Shown here piece by piece: positions 1-12,675 of a stretch of 32,000 bases of DNA. Every line of letters starts with the position of its first letter. Positions within the stretch are counted from its first letter, which is position 1. This stretch comes from Candidatus Saccharimonadota bacterium (GTDB lineage: Bacteria; Pseudomonadota; Alphaproteobacteria; Rickettsiales; Anaplasmataceae). Under the pieces are notes generated by a model, which saw only the letters and a program-made list of their open reading frames with translations, ran no database searches and had not been told where the DNA came from. The stretch lies in NCBI RefSeq assembly GCF_025021925.1, contig NZ_CP092368.1:1-32000 (forward strand), written 5' to 3'. The translations under genes and the position numbers were made by a program.

Positions 1-1044
1 AATGGTTCTTCCTCTTCTCTTATTGCAAAGCGTAATCCTTGATCCATTGCTATAGGTGTTCCTGTAATTCTACTTCTATACCTAAATTATCCTGACATAT
101 CATCTCTTTACCTGATAGTAGTCCCCTGCGCCAGTGACATCAGTGGTTCTCAAATAAAATTGAGGTTGAAGTTTGCAAATGGTGTATGTCTTCCCTTCTT
201 CTTTTTTTAATATATAAACTTCTGCCTTAAATTTCATTATGTGGGGTGATTGTACCGGGTTTTGCTAATACTCTTTATCTAGTATTCTCTGAACATTTCC
301 ACACCAGTACATATTGTTTTTGTGTACTTTGAGCCTATAATCTCTATTTCTTCACCAGGTTTTATTTCACCTCTTTCTATTCTACCAGTTACTACGTACC
401 ACGTCCAGAAATCGAAAACATCTTCAATTGGTAATAAAATGGTAATTCTACTGCGCGTGGTGGAACAGGATCATATGCATCTAATTTTGTCATTAAGTGA
501 TCTATTGATTCTTCTGCCATATTTATTCTCTACGTCTTCTAGTGCTTGTAACGCGAGCCTACAATTACTGAGACATCACTTCCAGGAAATCCTGTTGCAA
601 TATTTAATCTCATCTCTACTAAATCAATCATATCAAGATCAGCGACTATCAGATATATGATTGATATATGCTACGACATATTACGACCTGTTTTGCAAGT
701 AGAATATGCTCCTCCGTTGAGGCATAAGCCGCATCCACTGCTGATACTACTGATATAGTCCGATTTGTCAGCACCTACTATCATATTCTTTACGTAATCA
801 GCATGTCCAGGACAATCAACATGAGCGTAATGTCTATTATCTGTTTGATATTTACATGTGCAGTTGCGATTGTGATCCCTCTTTTTCTTTCTTCAGGAGC
901 TTTATCTATTTGATCATATGCTACAAACTTTCCATAGTGTCTTTGTAATCGCTGCCGTTAACGTTCGTTTTTCCATGATCGACATGTCCTATTGGTACCT
1001 ACATTTATATGTGGTCTACCAAATGCTTCTACTACTTTTGTCAT
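1..1044 (-). pseudogene. tuf: Elongation factor Tu (tuf) pseudogene; 3' end runs off the window start
   Basis: Reverse-strand reading from ATG at 1044-1042 gives MTKVVEAFGRPHINVGT. Canonical EF-Tu blocks then continue only by hopping frames: IGHVDHGKT / LTAAITK / [23 protein letters not shown] / [24 protein letters not shown] / EHILLAKQV / MIDLVEM / GFPGSDVSVIVGS / LQALEDVENKYG / [24 protein letters not shown] / LPIEDVF / ISGRGT / [36 protein letters not shown] / [11 protein letters not shown] / [14 protein letters not shown] / RHTPFAN / [13 protein letters not shown] / PIAMDQGLRFAIRE. The ORF track shows no long ORF on this strand. I traced at least 10 frame-breaking 1-2 nt indels, plus about 22 codons missing between FR..LDK and VLAKPG. 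Confidence 0.9.
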
Positions 1045-1111
1045 AATCTAACACTCTTATTAACATAGTACACAATATATTTATTTTATAAAAATGCAAC
1101 AAAAATTAAAG

Positions 1112-1183
1112 AGCGGATAGTGGGATTTGAACCCACTCCACTAGCTTGGAAGGCTAGCGCTCTACCAATTAAGCTATACCCGC
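1112..1183 (-). tRNA. tRNA-Gly (anticodon UCC)
   Basis: Reverse complement is gcgggtatagcttaattggtagagcgctagccttccaagctagtggagtgggttcaaatcccactatccgct. The acceptor GCGGGTA/TATCCGC pairs, the anticodon loop is CT-TCC-AA, and a TPsiC GGTTCAAATCC is present. No CCA is encoded. Confidence 0.9.
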
Positions 1184-1186
1184 ATA

Positions 1187-1271
1187 TGGAGGAGGTAGGA
1201 TTCGAACCTACGTACGCAATCATGCGGACAGATTTACAGTCTGTTACCTTTAGCCACTCGGTCACTCCTCC
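1187..1271 (-). tRNA. tRNA-Tyr (anticodon GUA), long variable arm
   Basis: Reverse complement is ggaggagtgaccgagtggctaaaggtaacagactgtaaatctgtccgcatgattgcgtacgtaggttcgaatcctacctcctcca. The acceptor is GGAGGAG/CTCCTCC, the anticodon loop is CT-GTA-AA, and it has a class II variable arm. The order tRNA-Tyr, tRNA-Gly, tuf is a classical arrangement. Confidence 0.9.
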
Positions 1272-1357
1272 AAGAAGGTAATTATAAATAATCTTTGAAT
1301 ATTCTTATCTTAATATATTTCTTGTATATTTAGATATTAAATACTGAAAATTAAAAA

Positions 1358-2479
1358 TCAAGTAATATCTTGATTCAAGTCAAGCATATTTTTTTTATAT
1401 AATGTGATATTGTGAATAAATAGTTTGAAAAGATAATATGAATCATGTGTTCCTGGACCACCTTCTGGATGATATTGTACAGAGAACACCGGATAATTTT
1501 TCATCATGATTCCCTCTATACTTTTGTCAAAAAGAGAAATATGCGTTATAATAATATTATTAGGTATAGAAGTTTCTTCAACAACAAAGCCATGATTTTG
1601 GCTAGTAATCTCAATCTTATTATTTATTTTATTATAAACTGGATGATTACTTCCTCTATGTCCAATAGACATTTTAACTATTTGTGCTCCTAAAGTCATT
1701 GCAAGTAATTGATGTCCCATACATATACCAAAGATTGGTATATTAGAATTTATCATTATTTCTATTTCATGTGTAATATTTTTACCTAATTCTCTTGGAT
1801 CACCAGGACCATTTGATAGCACTATACCATCTGGATGCATATTTAATATCCGTGTAGCACATCCTATGTCTGGTTGTATCAATTCAATTGCACAATTTAA
1901 TTCTACTAATCGATCAATAATGCTATTTTTGATACCAAAATTCAAGATTATTACTTTATATTGTACATGATGGATGCGCTTATTATAATTATTATTAGTA
2001 GACATAATATTAATAGATTGAAGCGTGTAACATGAAATAGTATTTTCTACTCCATGATCAAATAGATTGTGTGTTGTATATGAATCTATCATGCCATTTT
2101 GAGATTTATGTGCTCTGAGATATCGTGTAAGAGCTCTAGTATCAATATCTGATATTCCAACTACACTATTTTTCTCTAACCAATCATTTAAGCTAATATA
2201 TGAAGAGGAATGCGACGGCTCAGAAAGAGATCGCATAATGACACCACTTGCTAATACTTTTTTACCTTCACTATCTATATGATTAATTCCGACATTACCA
2301 ATATGAGGAAAAGTAAAAGTAATAATTTGATTAGCAAAAGAAGGATCGGTAATCGTATGCTGATAACCAGTCATACTAGTTGTACAACATATTTCACCTA
2401 CACACTTACCTTTTTTACCTACTGAACGTCCTATAAATTTCTTGCCATCTTGTAAAATTAAAACTGCATTCTGTCCCAC
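1358..2479 (-). CDS. carA: Carbamoyl-phosphate synthase small (glutaminase) subunit
   Basis: 373-aa ORF with a GTG start. The N-terminus MGQNAVLILQDGKKFIGRSVG and TGYQHTITDPSF are typical of CarA. The class I amidotransferase triad context is present: GICMGHQLL, HRGSNHPV, QYHPEGGPG. No carB is adjacent. Confidence 0.9.
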   Translation of the reverse strand: MGQNAVLILQDGKKFIGRSVGKKGKCVGEICCTTSMTGYQHTITDPSFANQIITFTFPHIGNVGINHIDSEGKKVLASGVIMRSLSEPSHSSSYISLNDWLEKNSVVGISDIDTRALTRYLRAHKSQNGMIDSYTTHNLFDHGVENTISCYTLQSINIMSTNNNYNKRIHHVQYKVIILNFGIKNSIIDRLVELNCAIELIQPDIGCATRILNMHPDGIVLSNGPGDPRELGKNITHEIEIMINSNIPIFGICMGHQLLAMTLGAQIVKMSIGHRGSNHPVYNKINNKIEITSQNHGFVVEETSIPNNIIITHISLFDKSIEGIMMKNYPVFSVQYHPEGGPGTHDSYYLFKLFIHNITLYKKNMLDLNQDIT

Positions 2480-2564
2480 TGCTCTCTCTCATTATGATTT
2501 CAAATCATATATAATTCTATTTTAGATTTCAATTGAGAAAATCTTTGAATTATCGAAATAAAAT

Positions 2565-3212
2565 TTATCTTCTTGTCTCCCAGTCAAGCTGAAAGATTGT
2601 AATGCCATGCTCAGTGAGAGGGTGTATTTTTAGTATTTGTTTTAGTATTTGTACGGGTAGTGTAATTGCATGCGCACCAATCTTTGCAACTGTTGTAAAG
2701 TGTAAGACACTTCTGACTGAAGAAACTAGTACTTGAGTATTAAAACGATAATTAGAATATATTCTACATATATCTTGTATAAAATTCATTCCATCACAGC
2801 TAATATCATCAAGACGACCAATAAAAGGGGAAATAAACGTAGCACCTGCCTTAGCCGCTAAAATAGCTTGTGAAAGAGAAAAACATAGTGTCATGTTCAC
2901 AGGGATTTGATACCCTTGCCACAACTTTTTACAAGTTACTAATCCTTCATGTGTCAATGGTAACTTGATTACAACATTTTTAGCTATGCTAGTTAAATGT
3001 AGAGCTTCTTTTAACATGTCATCATGAGTATTAGCAATTACTTCGACACTGACGGGTCCTTTTATAATTGTGCATATTGCATGTATTAAATCCTCATACT
3101 TAGTGTCATGCCAAGATTTTGATATTGAAGAAGGATTAGTTGTTACGCCATCAATAAATTCTTTGAAATATTCAATTTCATTGATATCAGCACTATCAAG
3201 AAATAAATTCAT
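2565..3212 (-). CDS. tal: Short-form transaldolase / fructose-6-phosphate aldolase family protein
   Basis: 215-aa ORF with MNLFLDSADINEIE, GVTTNPS, the Schiff-base lysine context VVIKLP, and GATFISPFIGRLDD. It is collinear with about 212-aa bacterial type 3B transaldolases. Confidence 0.85.
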   Translation of the reverse strand: MNLFLDSADINEIEYFKEFIDGVTTNPSSISKSWHDTKYEDLIHAICTIIKGPVSVEVIANTHDDMLKEALHLTSIAKNVVIKLPLTHEGLVTCKKLWQGYQIPVNMTLCFSLSQAILAAKAGATFISPFIGRLDDISCDGMNFIQDICRIYSNYRFNTQVLVSSVRSVLHFTTVAKIGAHAITLPVQILKQILKIHPLTEHGITIFQLDWETRR

Positions 3213-3257
3213 TTTTATGATCCTCGCTTGTATAAAGATATAGTATTTAATATCATA

Positions 3258-3518
3258 TTAAACACTCTGTATTGTACTAGTCATAATTCTACACACATTA
3301 TTTACAACTTTTAGTATACTACGATTACTCAGAGTAAACTTTTGTACTTGAGTCCTCATACATACAGTAATCATACTAGGTAATAAATATATTAGATATG
3401 GAGCGTGATTGTGTAGAATCATAAATCTCCCTTCTATTCCTTCTCCTATAAGATAAGATGTGTCAATGAATGAGATCTCATAATCAGGAGATAGGATATT
3501 GACTATAAAAGTTTTCAT
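3258..3518 (-). CDS. atpC: F1 ATP synthase epsilon subunit, short form (beta-sandwich domain only)
   Basis: Lies directly downstream of atpD. MKTFIVNILSPDYEISF...EGRFMILHNHAPYLIYLLPSMITV matches the AtpC N-terminal domain (..GILxxHAP..). The ORF-track start at 3533 is a TTG, so I prefer the ATG at 3518 (86 aa). The C-terminal helical hairpin is absent. Confidence 0.7.
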   Translation of the reverse strand: MKTFIVNILSPDYEISFIDTSYLIGEGIEGRFMILHNHAPYLIYLLPSMITVCMRTQVQKFTLSNRSILKVVNNVCRIMTSTIQSV

Positions 3519-3549
3519 ACAATTTATATACAATGTTGCATTTTAAGCA

Positions 3550-5025
<1,476 letters not shown>

Positions 5026-5097
5026 TTATCACACACTGTATAATGATTATAGAGAATATATCGAATTTATATAGTTTGTGCAACATACAAACGTATT

Positions 5098-6207
5098 TTA
5101 TACACGCTTTATAATAAATAATGCACATGCATTTAATATCCAAGTAATAATAAAAAGTACAAAACTGAGTGCAAATGCTGCAAGCGTATACACGCTATTA
5201 TAATCTTGATCTCCAGTTAGTAGTGTAGCAATTTGTACAGTAATAGTAGTGACTGCATTCATAGGATTAAAAGTTAAGTTTGCATTAATTCCTACAGCCA
5301 TAAGCACAATCATTGTCTCTCCTATGACTCGTGAAATTGATAATAAAATTGCACTGATAATTGTAGGCATTGCATAAGGAAGAATGATATGCCATACCGT
5401 TTCAGCTGGAGTTGCACCTAATGCCATAAAACCATAACGTAATGTTTTTGGAACGGATCTAATGGCATCTTCTAATAAAGAAATAATGAAAGGTAATATC
5501 ATGATGCCAATTGAGAGTCCAGCTACTAAAGCACTTTCTGAATGCATATTGAGACCAAAAAAGCTTGCTACTAATTTTACAGAAGAAGATAGAAATACCA
5601 CTGAAAAATATCCGTAGACCACTGTTGGAATAGCAGATAAAATCTGTAGAGTAGTATTTACAATATAACGTATTTTTTCACTTGCATATTCACTAATATA
5701 TAATGCTGAAAATAATCCAAGAGGAATAGCGAATAACATTGCAACAATAGTGATCACTAATGTACCCACTAAAAGTGGAATAATACCAAAAGTCCCTATA
5801 CTATCATTAGTATTTTCTATCATAATTACATTGTAATGCCATTGTGGACAGAACAAGAATTCTAAAAAATCTACCTGATGAAAAAAGTAAATTGCTTGAA
5901 TAAAAATAGATAACATGATAAATACAGTGATGATACATGATATTATTAAAGCAATAAATAAAGACAGTTTTATTATTTTGCTATATTGTATATGAACAAT
6001 ATAAAAAAATCTCAAAAAAAGGAGTATTACAGAAGAAATACATGCTATAAGCTTATGATCAAAAATAATCAATAAGCATATTAATAGCCATATAGTACTA
6101 AAAGACAAATAAGAAACTATGCTATTCTGATTGCTGAAGAACCTCTTAATATAAAGTACAAAAATCAATAAAATAGAGATAGATGATATTATCACATAAT
6201 TTATCAT
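5098..6207 (-). CDS. pstC: Phosphate ABC transporter permease PstC-like, with about 75-aa N-terminal hydrophobic extension
   Basis: 369-aa polytopic ORF. AIPLGLFSALYISEYA, ILSAIPTVVYGYF and ALGATPAETVWHIILPYAMPTIISAILLSISRVIGETM align with the PstC EAA-loop region (E. coli ALGATKWEMIW...GRALGETMAV). No pstS, pstA or pstB lies nearby. Confidence 0.75.
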   Translation of the reverse strand: MINYVIISSISILLIFVLYIKRFFSNQNSIVSYLSFSTIWLLICLLIIFDHKLIACISSVILLFLRFFYIVHIQYSKIIKLSLFIALIISCIITVFIMLSIFIQAIYFFHQVDFLEFLFCPQWHYNVIMIENTNDSIGTFGIIPLLVGTLVITIVAMLFAIPLGLFSALYISEYASEKIRYIVNTTLQILSAIPTVVYGYFSVVFLSSSVKLVASFFGLNMHSESALVAGLSIGIMILPFIISLLEDAIRSVPKTLRYGFMALGATPAETVWHIILPYAMPTIISAILLSISRVIGETMIVLMAVGINANLTFNPMNAVTTITVQIATLLTGDQDYNSVYTLAAFALSFVLFIITWILNACALFIIKRV

Positions 6208-6249
6208 ATTGTTTTATGAAAATGTCATACAAATGTAGAATCTTGTAAT

Positions 6250-6277
6250 TTGACAATAAAGTAAAGTGTTCTAAAAT
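6250..6277 (+). promoter_or_regulatory. Candidate sigma70-type promoter for rpmH-rnpA
   Basis: TTGACA (6250-6255), 16-nt spacer, TAAAAT (6272-6277), about 30 nt upstream of the rpmH ATG. Confidence 0.45.
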
Positions 6278-6307
6278 AGAGTAATTATATCAATATTAAT
6301 AATAATA

Positions 6308-6445
6308 ATGAAGAGAACATTTCAGCCAAATAATTTAAAAAGAAAGCGCACACATGGATTTCGCATTCGTATGAGAACAACAAGTGGTAGAAAGATCCTC
6401 AATAAGAGACGTGCATTAGGATGTCGCACGATATGCGTAGCGTAA
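6308..6445 (+). CDS. rpmH: 50S ribosomal protein L34
   Basis: Too short for the ORF track. Hand translation gives [45 protein letters not shown], the canonical L34 sequence, in the classical position upstream of rnpA. Confidence 0.93.
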   Translation: MKRTFQPNNLKRKRTHGFRIRMRTTSGRKILNKRRALGCRTICVA

Positions 6446-6825
6446 AACTTGATAGCATAAAAAAGCAAGACTTTGCTTTAGTATTTAAAAATAAATTATT
6501 ATATAGCAATAATATTTATCATGCTACACATATTTCTCTATATGTGATACAAGAAAGCATAGAGTTTCAGAAAAATAATACTATTAGAATTGGTTTAGCT
6601 ATTAGTAGAAGAATAGGGAAAGCAGTTATAAGAAATAAAATCAAAAGACAATTTAAGATGCTGATTAGATCTGTGATTCTCAATACAGATAATTTAGGGA
6701 GCTATTACATAATATTAAGTCATAAAAATATTTTACATGCAAATTATGGTCAGTTGAAAAAAGATTTGACTGTATGTTTACAGAAAGCCCACATTATAAG
6801 TGGGAGATACAAAGATTTTTGTTGA
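6421..6825 (+). CDS. rnpA: RNase P protein component
   Basis: Follows and overlaps rpmH. The RNR-motif region is [15 protein letters not shown]. The start could be ATG 6421 or ATG 6433. The TGA stop at 6823-6825 abuts or overlaps the 3' end of the convergent 5S rRNA. Confidence 0.85.
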   Translation: MSHDMRSVKLDSIKKQDFALVFKNKLLYSNNIYHATHISLYVIQESIEFQKNNTIRIGLAISRRIGKAVIRNKIKRQFKMLIRSVILNTDNLGSYYIILSHKNILHANYGQLKKDLTVCLQKAHIISGRYKDFC

Positions 6826-6937
6826 CTTGGCGGCGACTTACTCTCCCTTTTTTAAGTACCATCAGCGCTAAAAAGTTTCACTTCCGAGTTCGGAATGAGA
6901 TCGGGTGTTTCATTTTTGCAATAGCTACCAAGTCAAC
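6823..6937 (-). rRNA. rrf: 5S ribosomal RNA
   Basis: The reverse complement contains CCGAACTCGGAAGTGAAAC and GCGCTGATGGTAC. The terminal helix I pairs gttgacttgg (6821-6830) with ccaagtcaac (6928-6937). It lies about 70 nt downstream of the 23S 3' end. Confidence 0.9.
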
Positions 6938-7007
6938 AAAAATCTTTGAAAATGATAGAAATATATAATATTTAACACTGTATACGCACATATAGTACAG
7001 CAAATAA

Positions 7008-9766
<2,759 letters not shown>

Positions 9767-9824
9767 TTTTCTGACTATATGTAGCATATACAGAGTTAAA
9801 TATTATTTAATTGAATTGAGATTA

Positions 9825-9854
9825 AATATAATCTCTACCACAAAAACTTGTCAA
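9825..9854 (-). promoter_or_regulatory. Candidate sigma70-type promoter for the 23S-5S rRNA unit
   Basis: The minus strand reads TTGACA (complement of 9849-9854), 18-nt spacer, TATATT (complement of 9825-9830). It sits about 60-85 nt upstream of the inferred 23S 5' end. Confidence 0.4.
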
Positions 9855-10362
9855 ACATCTAAAACATTCCTCCTCATACTAGGAACCTATAGATAGGATG
9901 TCAACACTTTTTTTTTATATCATATTATATATATTATTTTCAATAAGAATAAAGAATTATCTCTAATATTAAAGAGTCTGAAGATAATATGTATTCTATA
10001 GGATAGCTTTTTTCTAAAAGAGAATATTATCTCTACATCTTTCATCATGATTTTGATATCAAGAGCATTATCTTTAAATATTTAGAGTACTAGTACTAAA
10101 AATGAATTGCAAATATATATAAATAAGGAGTTTTAAAGAAATGGAATTTTAATATTATATAAAAAATTATAATTCGCTATATAAAAGCAATTGTAGGTAT
10201 ATTGAATAGAAGATATAATATACAATCTTTTAAAGATAATCATTTCTTAGTAAGAACATCATCTCTATAATATATTTTAGGAGCTTTGACTAAGAAATTT
10301 ATCTCTCTAACTAAATCTCTTAAAAAGATATTTATTTATTACCATTATATATAAGGATTATT

Positions 10363-12147
10363 ATGAATAATATTACTATTAATTATGCTAAAAATAGCAA
10401 ATTAACTAACTTTGGACAAGCAATCCTATCCGATAGATATTTAATGAATAATGAAAGTTATCAGGAACTGTTTCTACGTATTGCTAATTATTATTCTGAC
10501 AATCTAGCACATGCACAAAGAATATATGATTATATGAGTAATTTATGGTTTATGCCTTCTACTCCTATATTGAGTAATGGAGGTACTACAAGAGGATTAC
10601 CTATCTCTTGTTTTCTTAATGAGACTGAAGATAGTTTACAAGGAATAGTCAATTTATGGAATGAAAATGTGTGGCTTGCTGCACGTGGTGGAGGAATAGG
10701 TAGTTATTGGGGAAATTTGCGTTCAATAGGTGAAAGTGTAAATATTAGTGGTAAAACATCAGGGATTATGCCATTTATTGTAGTACAAAATGCCCTAACA
10801 TTAGCAATTAGTCAAGGATCTTTAAGAAGAGGTAGTTCAGCAGTATATTTACCAGTATCTCATCCTGAGATAGAGGAATTTCTAGATTTAAGAAAGCCTA
10901 CAGGAGGAGATCCAAACCGAAAAGCATTAAATATACATCATGCCATTATAGTAACAGATAAATTTATGCAAGCGATTGAAAACGATCAAGAATGGCATTT
11001 GATTAGTCCACATAGTAATAAAGTTATTGATATAGTCAAAGCAAGAGATCTTTGGATTAAAATTTTAACAGCAAGAGTTGAAACTGGCGAACCTTATATT
11101 GTATTCTTTGATGCAACAAATAATAACAAACCAGAATCATATAAACGACTTAACTTAGATATTAAAATGTCGAATCTTTGCAGTGAAATCACTTTAACGA
11201 CAGGTTATGATCATTTAAATAAGTCACGTACTGCAGTTTGTTGTTTGTCATCTGTCAATCTTGAATATTATGATCAATGGCAAAAACATGAATGCTTTAT
11301 AGAAGATATTATGCGTTTTCTTGATAATGTATTGGAAGATTTTATAGAGAAAGCGCCTAATGAAATGCATAGAGCAAAATATTCTGCAATACGAGAAAGA
11401 AGTATAGGCCTTGGTGTTATGGGATTTCATGCATTCTTGCAAAGTAAAATGATCCCATTTGAATCAGTCACAGCACAGCAATGGAATAAGAAAATTTTTA
11501 AATCTCTACGTCTACAAGCAGATCTGATTTCTAGAAAGTTAGCAAAAGAAAAAGGAGTATGTTTAGATGCTCAAGAGTTAAATCTTATGGAAAGATTTAC
11601 ACATAAACTTGCTATTGCACCTACAGCTTCAATTTCTATTATTGCAGGTAATACCTCTCCTGGAATCGAGCCATATGCAGCAAATGTCTTTATACAAAAG
11701 ACGCTTACAGGATCATTTGTAGTAAGAAATAAATTCTTACAAATATTATTGGCAAAAAAGAATCATGATAATGACCAAATATGGTCTTCAATTTCTACAA
11801 ATGAGGGATCTGTACAACACTTGGATTTTCTTAGTGATCATGAAAAACTTACATTTAAAACAGCATATGAACTGGATCAGAGATGGATCATAGAACATGC
11901 AAGCGATAGAACTCAATATATTTGTCAATCTCAATCAGTCAACCTGTTCTTACCGGCTAACGTTCATAAACGTTATTTACATAAAATACATATGTTAGCT
12001 TGGAAAAGAGGCCTCAAGAGCTTGTATTATTGTAGATCACAATCTATGCAAAGAGCAGATAAAGTATCACATGAAGTGATTAAAAACAATGGTATATTAC
12101 AACCAAAAACAGATATTGATGATAATGACTGCTTATCATGTCAATAG
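10363..12147 (+). CDS. nrdA: Class Ia ribonucleotide reductase alpha subunit, lacking N-terminal ATP-cone
   Basis: 594-aa ORF with AGGA 5 nt upstream of the ATG. It carries LPISCFL, NLCSEI, radical/active-site contexts, and a C-terminal redox tail CLSCQ. The protein starts directly in the region that follows the ATP-cone in 760-aa enterobacterial NrdA. Confidence 0.93.
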   Translation: MNNITINYAKNSKLTNFGQAILSDRYLMNNESYQELFLRIANYYSDNLAHAQRIYDYMSNLWFMPSTPILSNGGTTRGLPISCFLNETEDSLQGIVNLWNENVWLAARGGGIGSYWGNLRSIGESVNISGKTSGIMPFIVVQNALTLAISQGSLRRGSSAVYLPVSHPEIEEFLDLRKPTGGDPNRKALNIHHAIIVTDKFMQAIENDQEWHLISPHSNKVIDIVKARDLWIKILTARVETGEPYIVFFDATNNNKPESYKRLNLDIKMSNLCSEITLTTGYDHLNKSRTAVCCLSSVNLEYYDQWQKHECFIEDIMRFLDNVLEDFIEKAPNEMHRAKYSAIRERSIGLGVMGFHAFLQSKMIPFESVTAQQWNKKIFKSLRLQADLISRKLAKEKGVCLDAQELNLMERFTHKLAIAPTASISIIAGNTSPGIEPYAANVFIQKTLTGSFVVRNKFLQILLAKKNHDNDQIWSSISTNEGSVQHLDFLSDHEKLTFKTAYELDQRWIIEHASDRTQYICQSQSVNLFLPANVHKRYLHKIHMLAWKRGLKSLYYCRSQSMQRADKVSHEVIKNNGILQPKTDIDDNDCLSCQ

Positions 12148-12617
12148 ATATGCTACATAGAAATATAAATAAATTTTTAATATATATCTCTCATAAGAAT
12201 CGCATTATGTGTCTTGATATGGGAGTAAAATTCATAGGCATTGCCTTGAGCGATACAACACAATTAATAGCAATGGCACATAGTGTATATCATAGAAGAA
12301 ATCTATCTAAAGATTTAGGTTATCTAAATAAAATATTTAAAGCGAGTAAATCTAGTGCCATGGTCATTGGCATACCATTAGAAATGAGCGGTCAAGAGAA
12401 TGAATGGTGTAGGACAATAATTAAATTTGCAAATAAAATAATAATAAAATATAAAATACATATTTATTTACAAGACGAAAGCTTCTCAACAGCTCTTGCA
12501 ATACGTATGCTCAAAATTACTAGTATTTCAAGTACTAAATCTAAAAAGATAGATGATAAAATTTCAGCATGTATTATCTTGCAACGCGCTCTAGATACTA
12601 TGAATAGTATTAGATAA
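12138..12617 (+). CDS. ruvX: Holliday junction resolvase-like putative pre-16S rRNA nuclease (YqgF/RuvX)
   Basis: 159-aa ORF. IMCLDMGVKFIGIALSD matches the YqgF N-terminal LDxGxKxIGxAxSD motif. It overlaps the nrdA stop by 10 nt if ATG 12138 is used; ATG 12150 is an alternative start. Confidence 0.75.
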   Translation: MSIDMLHRNINKFLIYISHKNRIMCLDMGVKFIGIALSDTTQLIAMAHSVYHRRNLSKDLGYLNKIFKASKSSAMVIGIPLEMSGQENEWCRTIIKFANKIIIKYKIHIYLQDESFSTALAIRMLKITSISSTKSKKIDDKISACIILQRALDTMNSIR

Positions 12618-12675
12618 TTTACAAGACAATCACTGTGATATCTAGCAAAAGAGATTCTTCAATCAGAATAAATTG

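Noticed and set aside
322-660. 112-aa plus-strand ORF (ORF track)
   Set aside because: It lies antisense within the tuf pseudogene and has an alternative (GTG) start and low-complexity composition. The opposite strand carries clear EF-Tu homology.
1-1044. Possibility that tuf is rescued by transcriptional or translational slippage at poly(A) tracts
   Set aside because: Some indels do sit in A-runs. However, there are at least 10 disruptions in both directions plus a roughly 22-codon deletion, which is too many for slippage rescue. Pseudogene, or localized sequence error, is the simpler reading.
2494-2508. 15-bp perfect palindrome atgatttcaaatcat just upstream of carA, and a similar cgctata-t-tatagcg at 16022-16036 upstream of rplU
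   Set aside because: My rough estimate from base composition is that dozens of 7-bp-arm palindromes are expected by chance in 32 kb of roughly 70% A+T sequence. On its own this is not evidence of an operator. No ARG-box or PyrR-like consensus was recognised.
9796-9810. TTAA-N7-TTAA (CtrA-box-like) site upstream of the rRNA unit
   Set aside because: The pattern is made only of A and T and is expected many times by chance at this base composition. There is no second half-site cluster or conserved context to support it.
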